Below are positions 23,591-37,289 of a DNA stretch of 64,000 nucleotides, piece after piece; position 1 is the stretch's first letter; every line of letters starts with the position of its first letter. The position numbers and the translations under genes are program-made. Source of the stretch: Heteronotia binoei (Eukaryota); NCBI RefSeq assembly GCF_032191835.1, contig NC_083243.1, positions 54,312,001 through 54,376,000 of the forward strand. The letters are read 5' to 3'. The notes under the pieces were generated by a model. It did not search any database. It had not been told where the DNA came from and saw nothing but the letters and a program-made list of their open reading frames with translations.

Positions 23591-24431
23591 AGCACAGAGG
23601 CTGATTTTTGAATTTTTTACCAACTGGACCTGCAGACTTAACGGTTTTTAATTTGCCCTCATAGTGCTAGCACTTCTCCTCTCATCACCTCAATTCGACT
23701 TGGTTCTTCAGACACCCTTCCCCCAAACAGTGGGCTTTCTACTGATATGTGTGAAGAACTACGTGTTTGTATTAATTATTTTGCATTAACTCTGTTGGCC
23801 ATCTGCTTGCAGCTCTGGACCTCTTGGATCTTGAGCCTTTGTGTATACAGATTGCAGATTGGTATGGTATGGTATTTTCCATTAAAATGAGCCCATTGTA
23901 GGAAAAGTGTTACAAATGGATAGATTGAAGGCAAGATAGAAAAGAAATTTAAAAGGCAGTGGAAAAAAGAAAACATTTGGCAAGTCAGAATAAAATATTT
24001 CAAGAATGTACTTTGGTAAGTCCTAATTCAGCAGTTACTGATATCCTTGATGATTAAGCTACCCAATTACATCTCACTCATGGCTTCTTCATGAGGAACA
24101 TGAGAAGGAAGGCTAAATGAGAAAGGGAAATAAAACAAAATATTTATTTAATTATATTTATTTATTATTGCATTTATATCTTGTCCTCCCCACAAGTGGG
24201 CTTAGATACGATAATTCAAGAAGGAGGCTTGGATATCTTAGAGGGGGAGTTATGGTGGGAAACATGGAAAAGGAAGAGCAGGGGACTGTGGGCCATAATC
24301 AGAGAAGGAGGGAAAGATTTAAAAGGGGGGGATTAGATCATAGCTACCAATCTTGAAAAGATCAAGTTGTCTCCGTGGTGGAATTTAAATGAGACTCATG
24401 TATACATTAATTTTGTTCTCATTTGTTCACT

Positions 24432-24618
24432 TAAAGTAAAGGTAGTCCCCTGTGCAAGCACCAGTTGTTTCCGATTCTGGGGTGACGTTGCTTTCACAAC
24501 GTTTTCACGGCAGACTTTTTACAGGGTGGGTTGCCATTGCCTTCCCCAGTCATACACTTCCCCCCAGCAAGCTGGGTACTCATTTTACTGACCCCAGAAG
24601 GATGGAAGGCTGAGTCAA
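24432..24618 (-). mobile_element. Sauria SINE, 5'-truncated
   Basis: aaggtagtcccctgtgcaagcaccag... shared with the other copies. Confidence 0.85.
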
Positions 24619-24974
24619 CTTACTGCCTAACTATTAGAAAGTTTGCTTTTCTCCCAAGGCCCTCTGCAGCACAGATGCAGTGCATTGTCTCTAAGCAGGG
24701 GATCCGTGTCTTAGAAAAGAGTTTATATTTTCTGTATCAAGGGTAATAGCTCCAGAGCCTAAACATTAGACTGCCAGGCTCTGCAAGAACTCGTGAAGTG
24801 GTGTTTGTCTGAGAGCTTTCTGACCCACTGGTATAGATAATATACATTTGAAGAAATGCCAGAATAGTCTGGCCCTTATAGTATTGTTTTAACTAAGTCA
24901 AAGTTCATGCCTTACTGTATGAAAGGGGTTGGGTTTTGTCCAGTACGTTATAGGCTTGTCACAGACCTAACTGA

Positions 24975-25052
24975 CAATTACATTAGCCTGAGCCGCTTTG
25001 CGGGGAGGGCGGGGTAGAAATAAAATTTATTATTATTATTATTATTATTATT
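24975..25052 (+). mobile_element. L2-type 3' tail with (TTA)n; similar tails at ~715-775 (-), 25740-25820 (+) and 54010-54100 (-)
   Basis: gcctgagccgctttgcggggagggcggggtagaaataaaa motif, also seen at the 46587 L2. Confidence 0.65.
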
Positions 25053-26315
25053 ACATTAGCTTCTATGGATGGGAAAAGGTATTTAATATGTGATTTTATT
25101 CTTGTTCTGTGATGTTCTTGCCAGCACCCCATTTCTCTGGGCCTTGGCAAGAACATCCAAGGATATCTTTTATAAAATACTGTGCACGATGTTTTAAGTA
25201 TTGAATTTTGAATTAATGTCATATACCGCATACTAGATTCTTATATGTTTGGAAGGTATTTGCATTATGGTTTTGATTTTAATAAATGGTTTTAACTTTG
25301 GAACAGGTTTCTCTCGCTATAAAATTATGGGGTTCTTGCTAGTCATGCCCCCCCTTACTGAATCTGGTGGGAATGGGAGTCCTAGAAAAAGTTTTGGTAC
25401 TCCAAAATTCCATAAAAGTCTTTTTGGTGTCAAAGGAGGCTTAGATGGCAAAACACGACCTACAGTGTGTGGCTGAATCCAAGACTTAATTTCATATCTT
25501 TGAGGGGTGTATGTGTGTCCTGTGAGTCAGACTGAATTTATTGTATTTCCTATTGTCAGGTGGGAGAAACTTATTTCCTTGGCTAGTATCTGTTAGAGAT
25601 TAAGCTAATTGTGACCTAAAATTGTGCTATTATCCTGATTATAACATCTGTTTTTATTTTAACTAATTTGTGTATTTGAACTGTATTTTAAAATTCGTGT
25701 TTAATTGTATTGTATTTTATGTAAATCATGGTTTCCATGTCTGAGCTGCCCTGAGCCCGCCTTTGGCGGGGGAGGGCGGGATATAAAAATAAATTTGACT
25801 TGACTTTGACTTGACTTGATTAACTAAAAAAAACTTAAAAACAACCACCACCACCAGTGATTGAATATTTGCTTACAGAGGTTCAGGTCTAAGCAATGAA
25901 CTTTTGGCTTTATTATTGACAAGGGAGGGAAACCAGTTTGTTTTCTTTGAGGTGTTAGACGTTGTTTTAAGAATCCTTTTAAAAGTCTTAATATTTGTCC
26001 TTCGTCACAAACACCATTTTGTGGCTAGACTCTGCAATTATCTCAGCTAATCAAGGCCTTTAGCAAGAAAGTCCACCTTAAAAGTAAAGGGAGTCTCTTC
26101 ACATTGTTACTAATTTTAACTGACCATTAATTTCTTTTAAGACTGGGTCTGACCCATATGACTTCTTACCCTGGCCTTCTAGGTCTAAGTGTGTGTGTGT
26201 GGGGGGGTGCCTTTAGTTGCCCCCTTTTTATGTTCCAGGATGGCTTGAGGCTTTAGACAACTATAGGGGTGCTGGCATAAAAAACAACAATTTCATTAGT
26301 TTGCTGTCCTAACAG

Positions 26316-26477
26316 GCCACCAGTGAAGTGGTTGGTCGTGTCCCAAAAGCCACACAGAGTGAGATGGAAGCAGCTGTGGCTTCGTGCAAAAAATCCTTTC
26401 GGAATTGGTCTGAGACATCTATTTTGAGCCGGCAGCAAGTCTTCCTGCGATACCAGCAGCTCATCAAAGACAATCTG
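26316..26477 (+). CDS. ALDH6A1: ALDH6A1 exon 4 (ATSEVVGRVP...QQLIKDNL)
   Basis: 162 nt, aacag/gtgagg. Confidence 0.97.
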
Positions 26478-26967
26478 GTGAGGAGCCTGCAGCAGTTTTT
26501 GACTCATTTGGTATAAAATTGGAATTATAACAAACTTCCCCACGAATTGATTGCAAAAACAAGTAAACATAAAGGTTGCAAATCACTTTACACTTTTAAT
26601 CAAAATAACCAATTCAGGTGTTATGCTGCTCCTTATTTATTTAGGAAATGTGTGCCACCTCTCCAGAACCTGCTGTCAAGAAAGCTCTCAATTAAAAAAA
26701 ATTATCAGGCAATAAAAGATAAAAGTAAGTCAAGCCAATAAAACCAGGCTAATAAAAACATGTCTGAACTGAAAAGTAGCTTAAAATAAACCAAGAGGCA
26801 TTTATAGCCTGCCTAGAAATATATCTATCTGTGGTATTTGTGTGCATTATTTCAAGAAGTTTTGATATCTGATGGAAGTGTTTTTTGTGAACATGAAGGT
26901 GAGGAACATTTGCCTAACCAAACATGCGGTTTCACAGTTGCCTCTTCCACTTGCCTGGAATATTCCA

Positions 26968-27100
26968 GAGAGCCAGTGTGGTGTTGTGAACTAAGGTCTG
27001 AGAGATCCAGGTTTGAATATTCATTCTTCCACGGAACCTTGCTGGGTGATCTTGGGACAGTCACCCTCTCTCAGCCCAACCTATATCACAGGATTGAGAT
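26968..27100 (+). mobile_element. Old MIR/CORE-like SINE; others at ~30010-30150, 33660-33790 and 62545-62730 (all -)
   Basis: ctgggtgatcttgggacagtcaccctctctcagcccaacc CORE-like segment. Confidence 0.55.
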
Positions 27101-27348
27101 ATATTGATGATGATGATGTTAACCTCTTTAGGTTGCCATTCTCCAAATGAATAATCTACATGGCTCCATTCACACTGAGAGCTGGTGGAGGGGGGGGGGA
27201 GACATCTTGCCATCCCTTCCTCATTGTGTGATGATAATATGTTCTGTCTCTTGCTGTTTGTTTCTATGGGTGGAGTGAGAGGGTCTCTATGTTCACCAGT
27301 GTTGAGATGCCCTTTCCATATCTTCTTGGCTTCTTTTTTTATCTCTAG

Positions 27349-27427
27349 AAAGAAATTTCAAAACTCATCACCTTGGAGCAAGGGAAGACCCTGGCTGATG
27401 CTGAGGGAGATGTGTTCCGAGGCCTCC
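27349..27427 (+). CDS. ALDH6A1: ALDH6A1 exon 5 (KEISKLITLEQGKTLADAEGDVFRGL)
   Basis: 79 nt, ctctag/gtaagc. Confidence 0.97.
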
Positions 27428-27891
27428 GTAAGCTGCTTGCGTACGCCTCTTGTTGTACATGTATAACAGCTTTCACAGGCTGAGGGAAGAGTGGAAGGTT
27501 GCTGAGCTAGAGTTCTAGGACCATAGAAGTATAGCCTTCTCAAAGTCTTCCTCATAAATTACAAATAGAATCCTCTTTTCTTTGGAGCCTTTAACCTTCT
27601 TTTCATAACTTCACAGATTTTTTTTTCATTTTAGGCTTTGATATACTGTTTGTTTTCCATTCCCCCCCCCAAAAAAATAATAATAATGATAACATCCCTT
27701 ACAGGATATTAGTGCAGTGTATGTGTCCATTGGCAAAGTTCATGCTCTGAATGGAAGTAAGTCTCAAACAGATGGTTACTGCTGGCAGAACAGGAAGTAC
27801 TTATGGACAGTGATGGCTGTAGTTATGCTAGAGATAAGCGAGTCATACCAGTTTGGAGGTATTCAGAGTAGTGCCTTTTTTTCTGTTGCAG

Positions 27892-28194
27892 AGGTTGTTG
27901 AACATGCTTGCAGTGTGACATCCCTCATGTTGGGTGAGACCCTTCCCTCTATCACTAAAGATATGGACACTTATACCTATCGCTTGCCTCTGGGAGTATG
28001 TGCAGGCATCGCACCCTTCAATTTCCCAGCCATGATTCCTCTTTGGATGTACCCTATGTCTATGGTGTGTGGTAACACTTTCTTGATGAAGCCTTCGGAA
28101 CGTGTGCCGGGTGCCCTCATGTTCCTTGCCAAGCTGCTACAGGATGCCGGTGCCCCAGATGGAACACTGAACATCATCCACGGGCAACGTGAAG
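27892..28194 (+). CDS. ALDH6A1: ALDH6A1 exon 6 (PLGVCAGIAPFNFP, MKPSERVPG motifs)
   Basis: 303 nt, ttgcag/gtagtt; ALDH NAD-binding motifs. Confidence 0.97.
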
Positions 28195-28589
28195 GTAGTT
28201 GCAAGGCAGGCATTCAAAGTCTTAGGGAACTTTTATGTATCCAGGAAGAGGTTGATGAGGATATTACTGGACGGACATAAATCTCACACACTTATTTGAT
28301 TGGGGTTTTTTGTTTTAAAGCATTTATAGTTTGCTTCTCTCAGTAGCAGCAACACAAGGACAGAAAGCTGACACAGTAGGCATAGGCCTGCTGGAAAAAT
28401 AGGGTTTGCACTCCACAGCATTGCCAAGTGGGCTTAAACAACCAAGTCAGGGAACCTACTCCATGAGGGTGGCTAGTTGGCTGGGGCAAACAAAAGGCTG
28501 CAATGTGAGTCTGCACATTTCAGGATATTGCTGCCAGCACCCCCTTTAACTACCCAGACAGCCAGAGATCAAGAGACCAAGCCTCTAGC

Positions 28590-29160
28590 TTCTAACATGC
28601 AATTTGAGGACTGAATCAGGCACTCGGAGGGCTCCTGTCAGGCCCCCGAGCAACTGGTTGTCATCTACTTCCTTCTCCCTATATGTTGCTTCCTTCCACA
28701 TAACAGCTTGCTTTGCAAGGCTTGCTCAATTGCACAGGAGCTACAGAGCAAAACCTCTATTTTCTCTATTGGCTGAGGCTCCTTCCTTGGGGAGGAAGGG
28801 GGGAGGAATAGCTTGCTTTGCCAGGCTCTCTCAATTGCACAGCAGAGCTACTGAGCCAAGCCTCTCTTCTATTGGCTGAGGCTCCCCCCGCCGCCGCCAG
28901 TGAAAGGAAAGAGCCAGAGCTTCCTTTGCCCAGTTCCCTGAATCTCATGGGAGAAATACAAAGAAAGTACCTTTAAACCAATGAGTGCCAACTTTTAAGC
29001 ATGTTTTAAGTTTTTTAAAAAAATTATTTGTCAATGTCCTTTATAAAGTTTATATCTCTGCTATCTAATCTTAAATAGATACATGCATGGCATGGCTCGG
29101 CCCAACCCAACAAGGTCTCATTTATGTCACATCTGTCCCTCATAACGAATAACACCCCTG
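28590..29160. mobile_element. hAT/Charlie-like non-autonomous element with degraded left end
   Basis: Right end ACACCCCTG; ctctag on both flanks; internal ~95-bp direct duplication. Confidence 0.6.
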
Positions 29161-30532
29161 CTCTAGCCCTTCCAGGGTCTAAACAAGAAACCAGCTCTGT
29201 ACATTTGTAGATGACAGCCAGTTGCTCGGGGGCCTGACAGGAGCCTGATTCAGCCCTCAGATTGCATGTACAAATATGAGCTCCAAAGATAAATTAATGA
29301 ATCATCCTGAATTCAAGAACAAACCAAAATATAAAGTGATTTTCTTAAAAGGATGTGCACGAATATACAAGGAGCATATAAGAATAAAATAACAAAGTTA
29401 GATCACTAACCTAGATACTTACAAACAGTGGTTCTCTAATCCAGAAGTTACTTAGCAAGGCAAAGTCCAAGATAGTTTTAAAGTCCAAAATCAATAGGTG
29501 CCCAGCTGTCCTGGCCCATTCCAGCCAAAAAGTGTCCCAAGACTAGCAGTTCAAGGAAAGGGCAAAAACTAGAATGAAGGTTATTTTCTTTATGTCACAT
29601 GACCTCTGCTGGTGTGATTTAGACTAGCTGATCAAATAGGCCCAATGTTGTAATCCAATTGATCACTGGTGTTATTGATCAGGTGATGTAACCAATTAGC
29701 TTATGTTCTGCAGCTGCATCAGATCCAATTAACAAGTTTCCACAAATTGTGTTAACAAGGAATGTGTAGGCCTTTATGGCAGCCTTGAAATGTTTGGGGC
29801 AGATAAGACATCCTGCATCTTTAAATGCCTCTTATTCTCCCTTATCTCCAAGTCACTGTCAGCTTGGTGTTGGTGATAAAGGAGCAGAAATTTCTGTAGA
29901 CCTTATGTCTGAACCAAAGCTTCAGCTTGAACAAGAAGATGAAGAGAAGGTTTTTGCATCCCACTTTCCACTATTCCAAGGAGTCTCAAAGCAGCTTAGA
30001 AGTGAATTCCCTTCCCTTCCCCACAGGAGTTACCTTGTGAGATAGGTGGGGTTGAGTTTTGAGAGATCTGAGACTGGACCAGGGTCACCCAGCAGGCTTC
30101 TTGAATGGAATAAAACCAGTACTTAGAGTCCATTATTCTTAATCACTATACCATGCTGTTAAGAGAGGCCTTTTGATGTGCACCTCTTCCCAAAAGCTGA
30201 CACCTTCTCATGTGCTGGTAATTATTAACTAATTCCAAATATGTATCTTCCCCACCTTCCTATGTGTGTATTTCAGAACACTGATCCAGATGAGTCCTCA
30301 CCTCAAAAAAAAATAAGCATGCCATTGAAACGTTGGGGAAAAAAACAACTTTTCTTTGCAAACACTAATCCAGTTGAAGAAAACTTGATCATTGATGGTG
30401 GTCTGGGAGCTCAAAGAGTCAGGAGTAGGAAGCTAAGTCAGTCTGTTCATAGGGACTTTGAGAAATTCAGTGAGAATCTAGGATGCTTGGGATGTGGGCA
30501 AAATGAAGGGAAAAAATCTGAGTGTCTGTTAA

Positions 30533-30900
30533 AAACCAGCATAGTGGTTAAGAGCGGTGGACTCTAATCTGGAGAACCAGATTTGATTCCCCACTCCTCC
30601 ACATAAGCCTGCTGTGTGGTCTTGAGCCAGTCACAGTTCTCTCAGAACTCTCTCAGCCTCACCCACCTCACAAGGTGTCTGTTGTGGGGAGAGGAAGGAA
30701 ATGTGACTGTATATCACTTTAAGACTCCTTAAAAGTGGAGGAAAGTGTAGATGACTGGGGAAGGCAATGGCAACCCACCCTGTAAAAAGTCTGCCATGAA
30801 AACATCGTGCTGCGACGTCACCCCAGAGTTGGAAACGACTGGTGCTTGCACAGGGGACTACTTTTGCCTTTTTAAAGGTGGAGGAAAGCAGGATATAAAA
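30533..30900 (+). mobile_element. Squam3/MIR-related SINE containing a nested truncated Sauria SINE (30746-30871)
   Basis: 17-bp TSD ttaaa(a/g)gtggaggaaag at 30729 and 30872. Confidence 0.8.
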
Positions 30901-30983
30901 CCCACCTCTTCTTGTATGGAGGCCAGGAAGGAACTTGTAATGAGAAAATCTAATGAACATTTTTCTTCTGTTTTGTTTTAAAG

Positions 30984-31105
30984 CTGTGAATTTTATTTGT
31001 GACCATCCTGATATCAAAGCCATCAGCTTTGTGGGATCTAATCAGGCTGGAGAACATATCTACGAAAGGGGTTCCAAGAATGGCAAGAGAGTCCAGGCCA
31101 ATATG
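30984..31105 (+). CDS. ALDH6A1: ALDH6A1 exon 7 ([19 protein letters not shown]...VQANM)
   Basis: 122 nt, ttaaag/gtaaag. Confidence 0.96.
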
Positions 31106-31527
31106 GTAAAGCCCAGAAAATAAAGAACTAGCTGGATCTAGAAAAGCTGTTGATTGTCCTGTGAAAACTTTCAGATATTGAAAACTTTAATGTTTGGAAA
31201 CTTCATAAAAATTTGATGTGATTGTTTTCTTATTCTGCATATGAGAAAGGCATACATACACTTTAAGTGTGGTTAGTCAAATCTTGAGCAGAAAATGTTG
31301 AAAGTAACAAAGCTTTTTTCCCCTGCTAAGTACAAGTATTATTTTGGTGACAGTTACATGTTCATTGAGGGTTTGTTCTGAACTAGTTTGAAAAGCCCTA
31401 CCTCCCCCCATGCATGCTCAGTACCTCCAGAGAAGTTTATGATCTCTTATTGTTTTCTCGAGTCATAGGTACATAGAGCATGTTTAGGAAGCTTTACTAC
31501 CATATGTTTTGCCATAACAGTGTGACT

Positions 31528-31717
31528 CTTTCCCCCATTTATTTATTTTGGGGTGGGTTTTTTTTGTGTGTGTATGCATGCACCTGGAAGTCATGCTGAC
31601 CTCTGGTGACTGACCCCTACTGAAGGTCTCCCATCCAAGTACTTGCCAGAGTTGGCCCTGCTTAGCTTGTGAGATCTGACAAGATCAGGCTTGCCTGGGC
31701 TATCTAGGTCAGGGCTT
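31528..31717 (-). mobile_element. 5S rRNA-derived SINE, copy A (internal deletion)
   Basis: Reverse complement of the 5S A and C boxes; 14-bp TSD ataa(c/a)agtgtgact at 31514 and 31718. Confidence 0.8.
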
Positions 31718-33126
31718 ATAAAAGTGTGACTTTGTTCCACTCACAGCTGTTGAGAATTATTGTGAACTACACCAGGGTGCAATATGGAGTAGAATTACAG
31801 TATGGAGGGAAGGGACTTCTTCAGTGCTCTCCCTTGCATTACTTTCTGTCCCAAAATAGTTCTGGGCAGCATTATTTACCTAATTAGAGGCAAACATGTA
31901 TGGCCTGTTAGTATATATGCAGTCTCCCCTCCCAAGGAGGAGAACTGCCCTAGGCCCCTTCAAACCAGGAAAATTGCAAGGATGGGGAAGCTGAAGCCCT
32001 TCTTTCTTCCCTTCACCCCATACTGCAGAGACTTAGTTTTATCTTTCTGAGACAGAAACACTTGACACATCTACTTATTTACTTATAAAAGGTACGTCTA
32101 AGGTCAAAACTTGATATGTGTTTACTTGAGCTAGTTCATTTGGCTGACCTGACTCAAGGCAAAATGTATCATCAGGCACCCAGATTCTATATGATGAGAT
32201 CACATAAATGCTCACTGATCAAATATGCTTAGTTTGAAACACCACTGGTGATTGTGACTGTTATTATTGGTGCTTTTTTCATAGTTAATTAACTGTTCTT
32301 TTCAAGGTCTTTATATTGCTACTACTGTTGTTTTTATTATCTATAAATATTGCCCATAAGTAGCATTAAACTACCTTTTATAGATAAATCAGTTGACAAT
32401 TTACATATAACTGTCTCCCTTTCTTCTCCATGACTCAAACATTGTGTTGGGGTTGGGGAGAATTCTGTGTCATTGCCAGCTTTTTAGAAGATAGATGCTT
32501 TGGACTTTTTCAGCCTGGAATATACCCAGAGGTCTTCAAGTTCAACCCCCTATGTTAAAACTAGATTTCCTGAATTACTCCTTGTTGATAAACCTGCATG
32601 TTGTAGATTATAATGTGCTGCAAGTAGTGCTCCACAGTGACCAAGATTCACCAGTTCAAAGGTAACTGTAGAAGTAAGGTCTGCAGAGGGTCTGTGTACA
32701 TTGTGTCAATCAAAATAGTTCTCATCTGGTTATTTTGCTAACCATGCTATGATCCAAAGCAATATATATAACAAAAGGCAGGTTTTCAGCTGCCTCATGA
32801 AAAGCCCCCAAAAGTTAAAGATGCCGAACGGGATGCTGGAAGGAAAAGTTGGCTGTCCTACCCCCATCACTGCGTGGACGTGGAAGTGCTTATGGAAAGC
32901 ATTGGATTCTTGGTCATTGTATTCAAAAGCAAGGCAGGAGACCAGTGGAACCATTAGCTAACCAGATCTTTTCTAGAAGTTAGTCTTCAGAAGTGGTGAT
33001 CAGTTTGGAAATGAAGCAAATTTCTTTTTGCTGTGTCTTGGAGCATGTACCTACTCCACTTTGTCTTTGATGAGCTGGAGATGGTTAAGTCTATGGTGAT
33101 TTGAAGAACTGTGTCCCCTCTTTTAG

Positions 33127-33316
33127 GGAGCTAAGAACCATGGAGTGGTAATGCCAGATGCCAATAAAGAGAACACTTTGAATCAGTTGGTGGGTGCAGC
33201 TTTTGGAGCAGCTGGACAGCGTTGTATGGCATTGTCTACGGCAATCTTGGTGGGAGATTCTCAGAAATGGCTACCAGAACTTGTGGAGAGAGCTAAGAAC
33301 CTGAGAGTTAATGCAG
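33127..33316 (+). CDS. ALDH6A1: ALDH6A1 exon 8 (GAKNH...AGQRCMAL, catalytic Cys)
   Basis: 190 nt, ttttag/gtattg. Confidence 0.97.
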
Positions 33317-33858
33317 GTATTGATTTGTGTGTTATATTACCAAAGTTGTGAAATGGTGCCATTTGGTAGGTCTGAACATTCAAATAGTCTTTAATGAATG
33401 GGTTTGGCAAATTAATGGGGCAAGTGTTGAGCGCTAGTCTTTGCTATTTTTGTAGGACTTCCCTTTAGGGATGATCTCTGCTAGAGTTCCCCAGAATGCT
33501 CCTTGATTTATGTAGCAAAAACCATATTAGAACTCATTGCATTGCGTTATCATGAAAAATTGCCACTTGCATAATTGAACAGTTAACTGCATTGAAAGGG
33601 ATTTTGAATGCCTTTCTCCATGGGGACCCAAAGTGGTTTCCATTGTTTTCTTGTCCTCAATTTTATTCTTACAACAACCCTGTGAGATACATTAAGCTGA
33701 GAATGTGTAACTGGCTCAAGGTCATTGGGCAAGCTTCCATGGTAAGAGTAGGTATTCTAACCTAGCTATCCAGGTTCCTAGTTTGACACTCCAACCACTG
33801 CTAGCTCTGTTTTATTGCCACATGTTTGATTTTGAACAGCCTTCCTATTTTATCATAG

Positions 33859-34040
33859 GAGACCAACCTGGAGCAGATCTTGGGCCTTTGATCAGCCCCC
33901 AGGCCAAAGAACGTGTCTGTCAACTCATTGACAGTGGTTTGAAGGAAGGGGCCAAAATTCTTCTTGATGGACGAAATGTTAGAGTGAAAGGCTTTGAAAA
34001 TGGCAATTTCGTTGGACCGACTATACTGGCTAAGGTCAAG
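33859..34040 (+). CDS. ALDH6A1: ALDH6A1 exon 9 (DQPGADLGPLISPQAK...AKVK)
   Basis: 182 nt, catag/gtgagc. Confidence 0.97.
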
Positions 34041-34779
34041 GTGAGCTGTTGCTGTCACACATGAGAGCAAAAGAGGGACTGTTTCATCCTACGAAGAGGT
34101 TGACATTTATTGAGGCTGACCAGTGTTTGTGGCAACACTGGGACTGGGAAACCTCATCTGGCTGGATAGGTGTGGCGTTCACAATGGGAGTGAAAACTTT
34201 GAATCTCTTTGAAATACTAGCACCTTTCTGTTGACTGAATGAGTTCTGGCTGGCCTAGGCATTTGGAACTCCAAAACACAGATTGGCTAAGACCTTTTTA
34301 CATATGTGGGAAAGAATTGGAGAGGAGTTTTTCTGTATGTGTGCCACTGTTGGGTGAACCTAACCATGGAAAGAGCAAAATCCTGACTATACATACCCAT
34401 TTGAATCTCCCAGTGAGGAAGGAGAGATCAGATGTTCAGGTGTTGTCTGTTTCATTTCTTTTATTACTCTCTGCACCACAGTTCTGTAACCTGTATGCCC
34501 TCTGGAGATGTTTCAGAAGAATAAAGTTTGCAATTGTTTAAGATATAAAAACTGACTATGTGTCTTGACTGTTGTGGTCAAGCTAACCAGATAGCCCTAT
34601 TTGATGTTCCTCCTATTATCAAACAGAGAGAGTGGCAGATAAAACCTAGAGGTGGTAGCAGCTGAAGAGGGAAAGACTCCCCAAAAAGAAGATGGGAACT
34701 GTGAGGAATTCTTATTGAGAACAGTGACTTCCCCCCTAGTTTCTGATAGGTATCAGGTGTTGGGGCAGAAGTGTTAGTT

Positions 34780-35452
34780 CTGGTCACCACACTTCAAAAA
34801 AAATTATAGCATTGGAAAAAGTCCAGAAAAGGGCAACTAGAATGATTAAAGGGTTGGAACACTTTCCCTATGAAGAAAGGTTAAAACGCTTGGGGCTCTT
34901 TAGCTTGGAAAAACATCGACTGCGGGATGACATGATAGAGGTTTACAAGATTATGCATGGGACAGAGGAGGCAGAGAAAGAAGTACTTTTCTCCCTTTCT
35001 CACAATACTAGAACTCATGGGCACTCAATGAAGTTGCTGAGCAGTTGTGTTAGAACAGATAAAAGTACTTCTTCACCCAAAGGGTGATTAACACATGGAA
35101 TTCACTGCCACAGGAGGTGGTGGCAGCTACAAGCATAGACAACTTCAAGAAGGGATTGGATAAACATATGGAGCAGAAGTCCATCAGTGGCTATTAGCCA
35201 CAGGGTATTGATGTAACTCTCTGTCTGGGGCAGTAATGCTCTGTATTCTTGGTGATTAGGGAGGCAACAGTGGGAGGGCTTCTAGTGTCCTGGCCCCACT
35301 GATGGACCTTCTGGTGGCACCTGGGGTTTTTTTGTTCTGTTAGTCACAGAATGTGTATGTGTGTGTATATATATATTGGCCACTGTGTGACACAGGGTGT
35401 TGGACTGGATGGGCCATTGGCCTGATCCAACATGGCTTCTCTTATGTTCTTA
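34780..35452 (+). mobile_element. 5'-truncated CR1 with TSD
   Basis: ORF 34812..35087; (TTATGTTC)n tail; 8-bp repeat TGTTAGTT at 34772 and 35453. Confidence 0.9.
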
Positions 35453-36828
35453 TGTTAGTTGCATGTCAGCTACAAAGAAATTAAACACTTAAGGAAGGGA
35501 AAAGTAATGTCTCTTAGGATGATCTTTCTGCTATTCCTCAGTGGACTGAGGTCAAATTTGTTTCTTGGTGTATAGTGAAATGTTTAAAATGGCATGGCAC
35601 CTAGCTGGTGAAATATGTTGTGCTTAAATTAAGGGGTGGCTGACAGCATGTTTGTGGTGGCTGTATTGAATGTGAGAGACAATGAAGGCTTCTTCCTGAG
35701 TTAAAACATGGCAAGTGGACATCTTGGGTAACAAGACAGACATGCTGGGTTTTAGAATTTCAGTGGGGTGGCTTTTCTGTCGAATTATGCAAGTCCAGTG
35801 ACACTTTAAAGACTAACATTTATTCCAACATGACCTTATGTGAGTCAGAGTTCACTTTTTCAGATGCTGAGTTTTGGATTACCTTAGACATGACAGGCAT
35901 ATTAACAGTAACACAACACCAACAAGGGGTCAGGCTGTGAATTGATTTTATAACAAGCGAAGTGGGCCATAGCTTTCTGATATTCCTCAGTACAACTGAG
36001 GGTAAGAGAAGCTGTTTCTGCCTGTGTGCTCTTCTACCAGACTTGAGGCTATGTTCTTCTTAAGTCTCCACATAGCAATACAGCATTTTTGTTGTTACCA
36101 ATCTTCTCAATTTAACTTGCTGTGTGGAGGAAGAAGTAAGACTGGTGCTCATTTCCTGTGAGAAAGTGCAGGGCTGAGTTTGCTCCCTGCTCTCTTGTTG
36201 AAGGCATGATTGCAGCTGGAAGCAGAACACTTCCATGACAGAGCAAAGTATTTCCTCTTTCTGCCATCCACCAAGACGGGAGAATAGGAAGAATGAATTG
36301 TTAAAGTTGCAAGCAACAAGTTCTACATGATGGAACATTCTCAGTCAGACTGAAATTAGCAACTGTGCTGCTCTAAGAGAGTGTATGTAACAAAAGGGTC
36401 AGGTTTTTGTTCCCTGTCCCTTGCTGCCAGGAGCTTGGAATGGGGTTTGAATCTGCAGTGCTGTGTAAATTTACATGGGAGTTATTTCCATTCAACTCAG
36501 TGGGGCTTATTTTGAAGTAAACATTTATAGTGTCAGAGTGAATGCTTCCCAACAATCCTAAAAAGACTGGTTAAGCTGTGAGACTGTCCACAGTGAGTGG
36601 AGTGCCTGAGCTGGGATCTGAACGTGAGCTTCCCACATCTCAACCAGCCTATGGCCAATGCACCAATTTATATTATGAACAATAGAATATAGCATGAAAT
36701 AGTAGCCACTGTGTGAAAAAGTACAAGGGGCATTCCTACACTGATGGTCTTTGGAATATCATTTCAAGATTTTTGTAGTATCTTTCTTGTGTGCCATGCA
36801 ATCCAAACTTTTTTTTTTTTTTTGATAG

Positions 36829-37008
36829 CCTAATATGACCTGCTATAAGGAGGAAATCTTTGGACCAGTCCTAGTGGTTCTGGAAGCAGACACTCTGGAT
36901 GAAGCCATTGAAATCATAAATGAGAATCCCTATGGGAATGGGACTGCAATTTTTACCACTAATGGTGCCACAGCTCGGAAATACTCCCATTTAGTGGATG
37001 TTGGGCAG
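36829..37008 (+). CDS. ALDH6A1: ALDH6A1 exon 10 ([15 protein letters not shown]...DVGQ)
   Basis: 180 nt, poly-T tract plus gatag / gtacgt. Confidence 0.97.
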
Positions 37009-37289
37009 GTACGTAAAGGTTATTTTTCATGTCAAGAGACCTTGGTCAAGCCCCTAAGGCACAATAACTCAATCTTCAACTAAATCTCTAAGTATCAGAG
37101 TTGTGAAAAGATCTGAGAGCTGCTGCCAATCAGAAAACAATATTGGGCTAGAGGGACCAGTTTGGGTCTGACTTATTGTAAAGCAAAATATTTGAGCTGT
37201 TCAGAGAGTTTAGCTGTGGATAGCTGGATTTCTTACATCAAACGAACCCTTTCACAAGACTGCCTCCCTGTAGCTCTGGAAGAACATTA

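Noticed and set aside
25111-25157. 13-bp perfect inverted repeat as an ncRNA hairpin
   Set aside because: It is short, isolated and lies among repeat debris; insufficient support.
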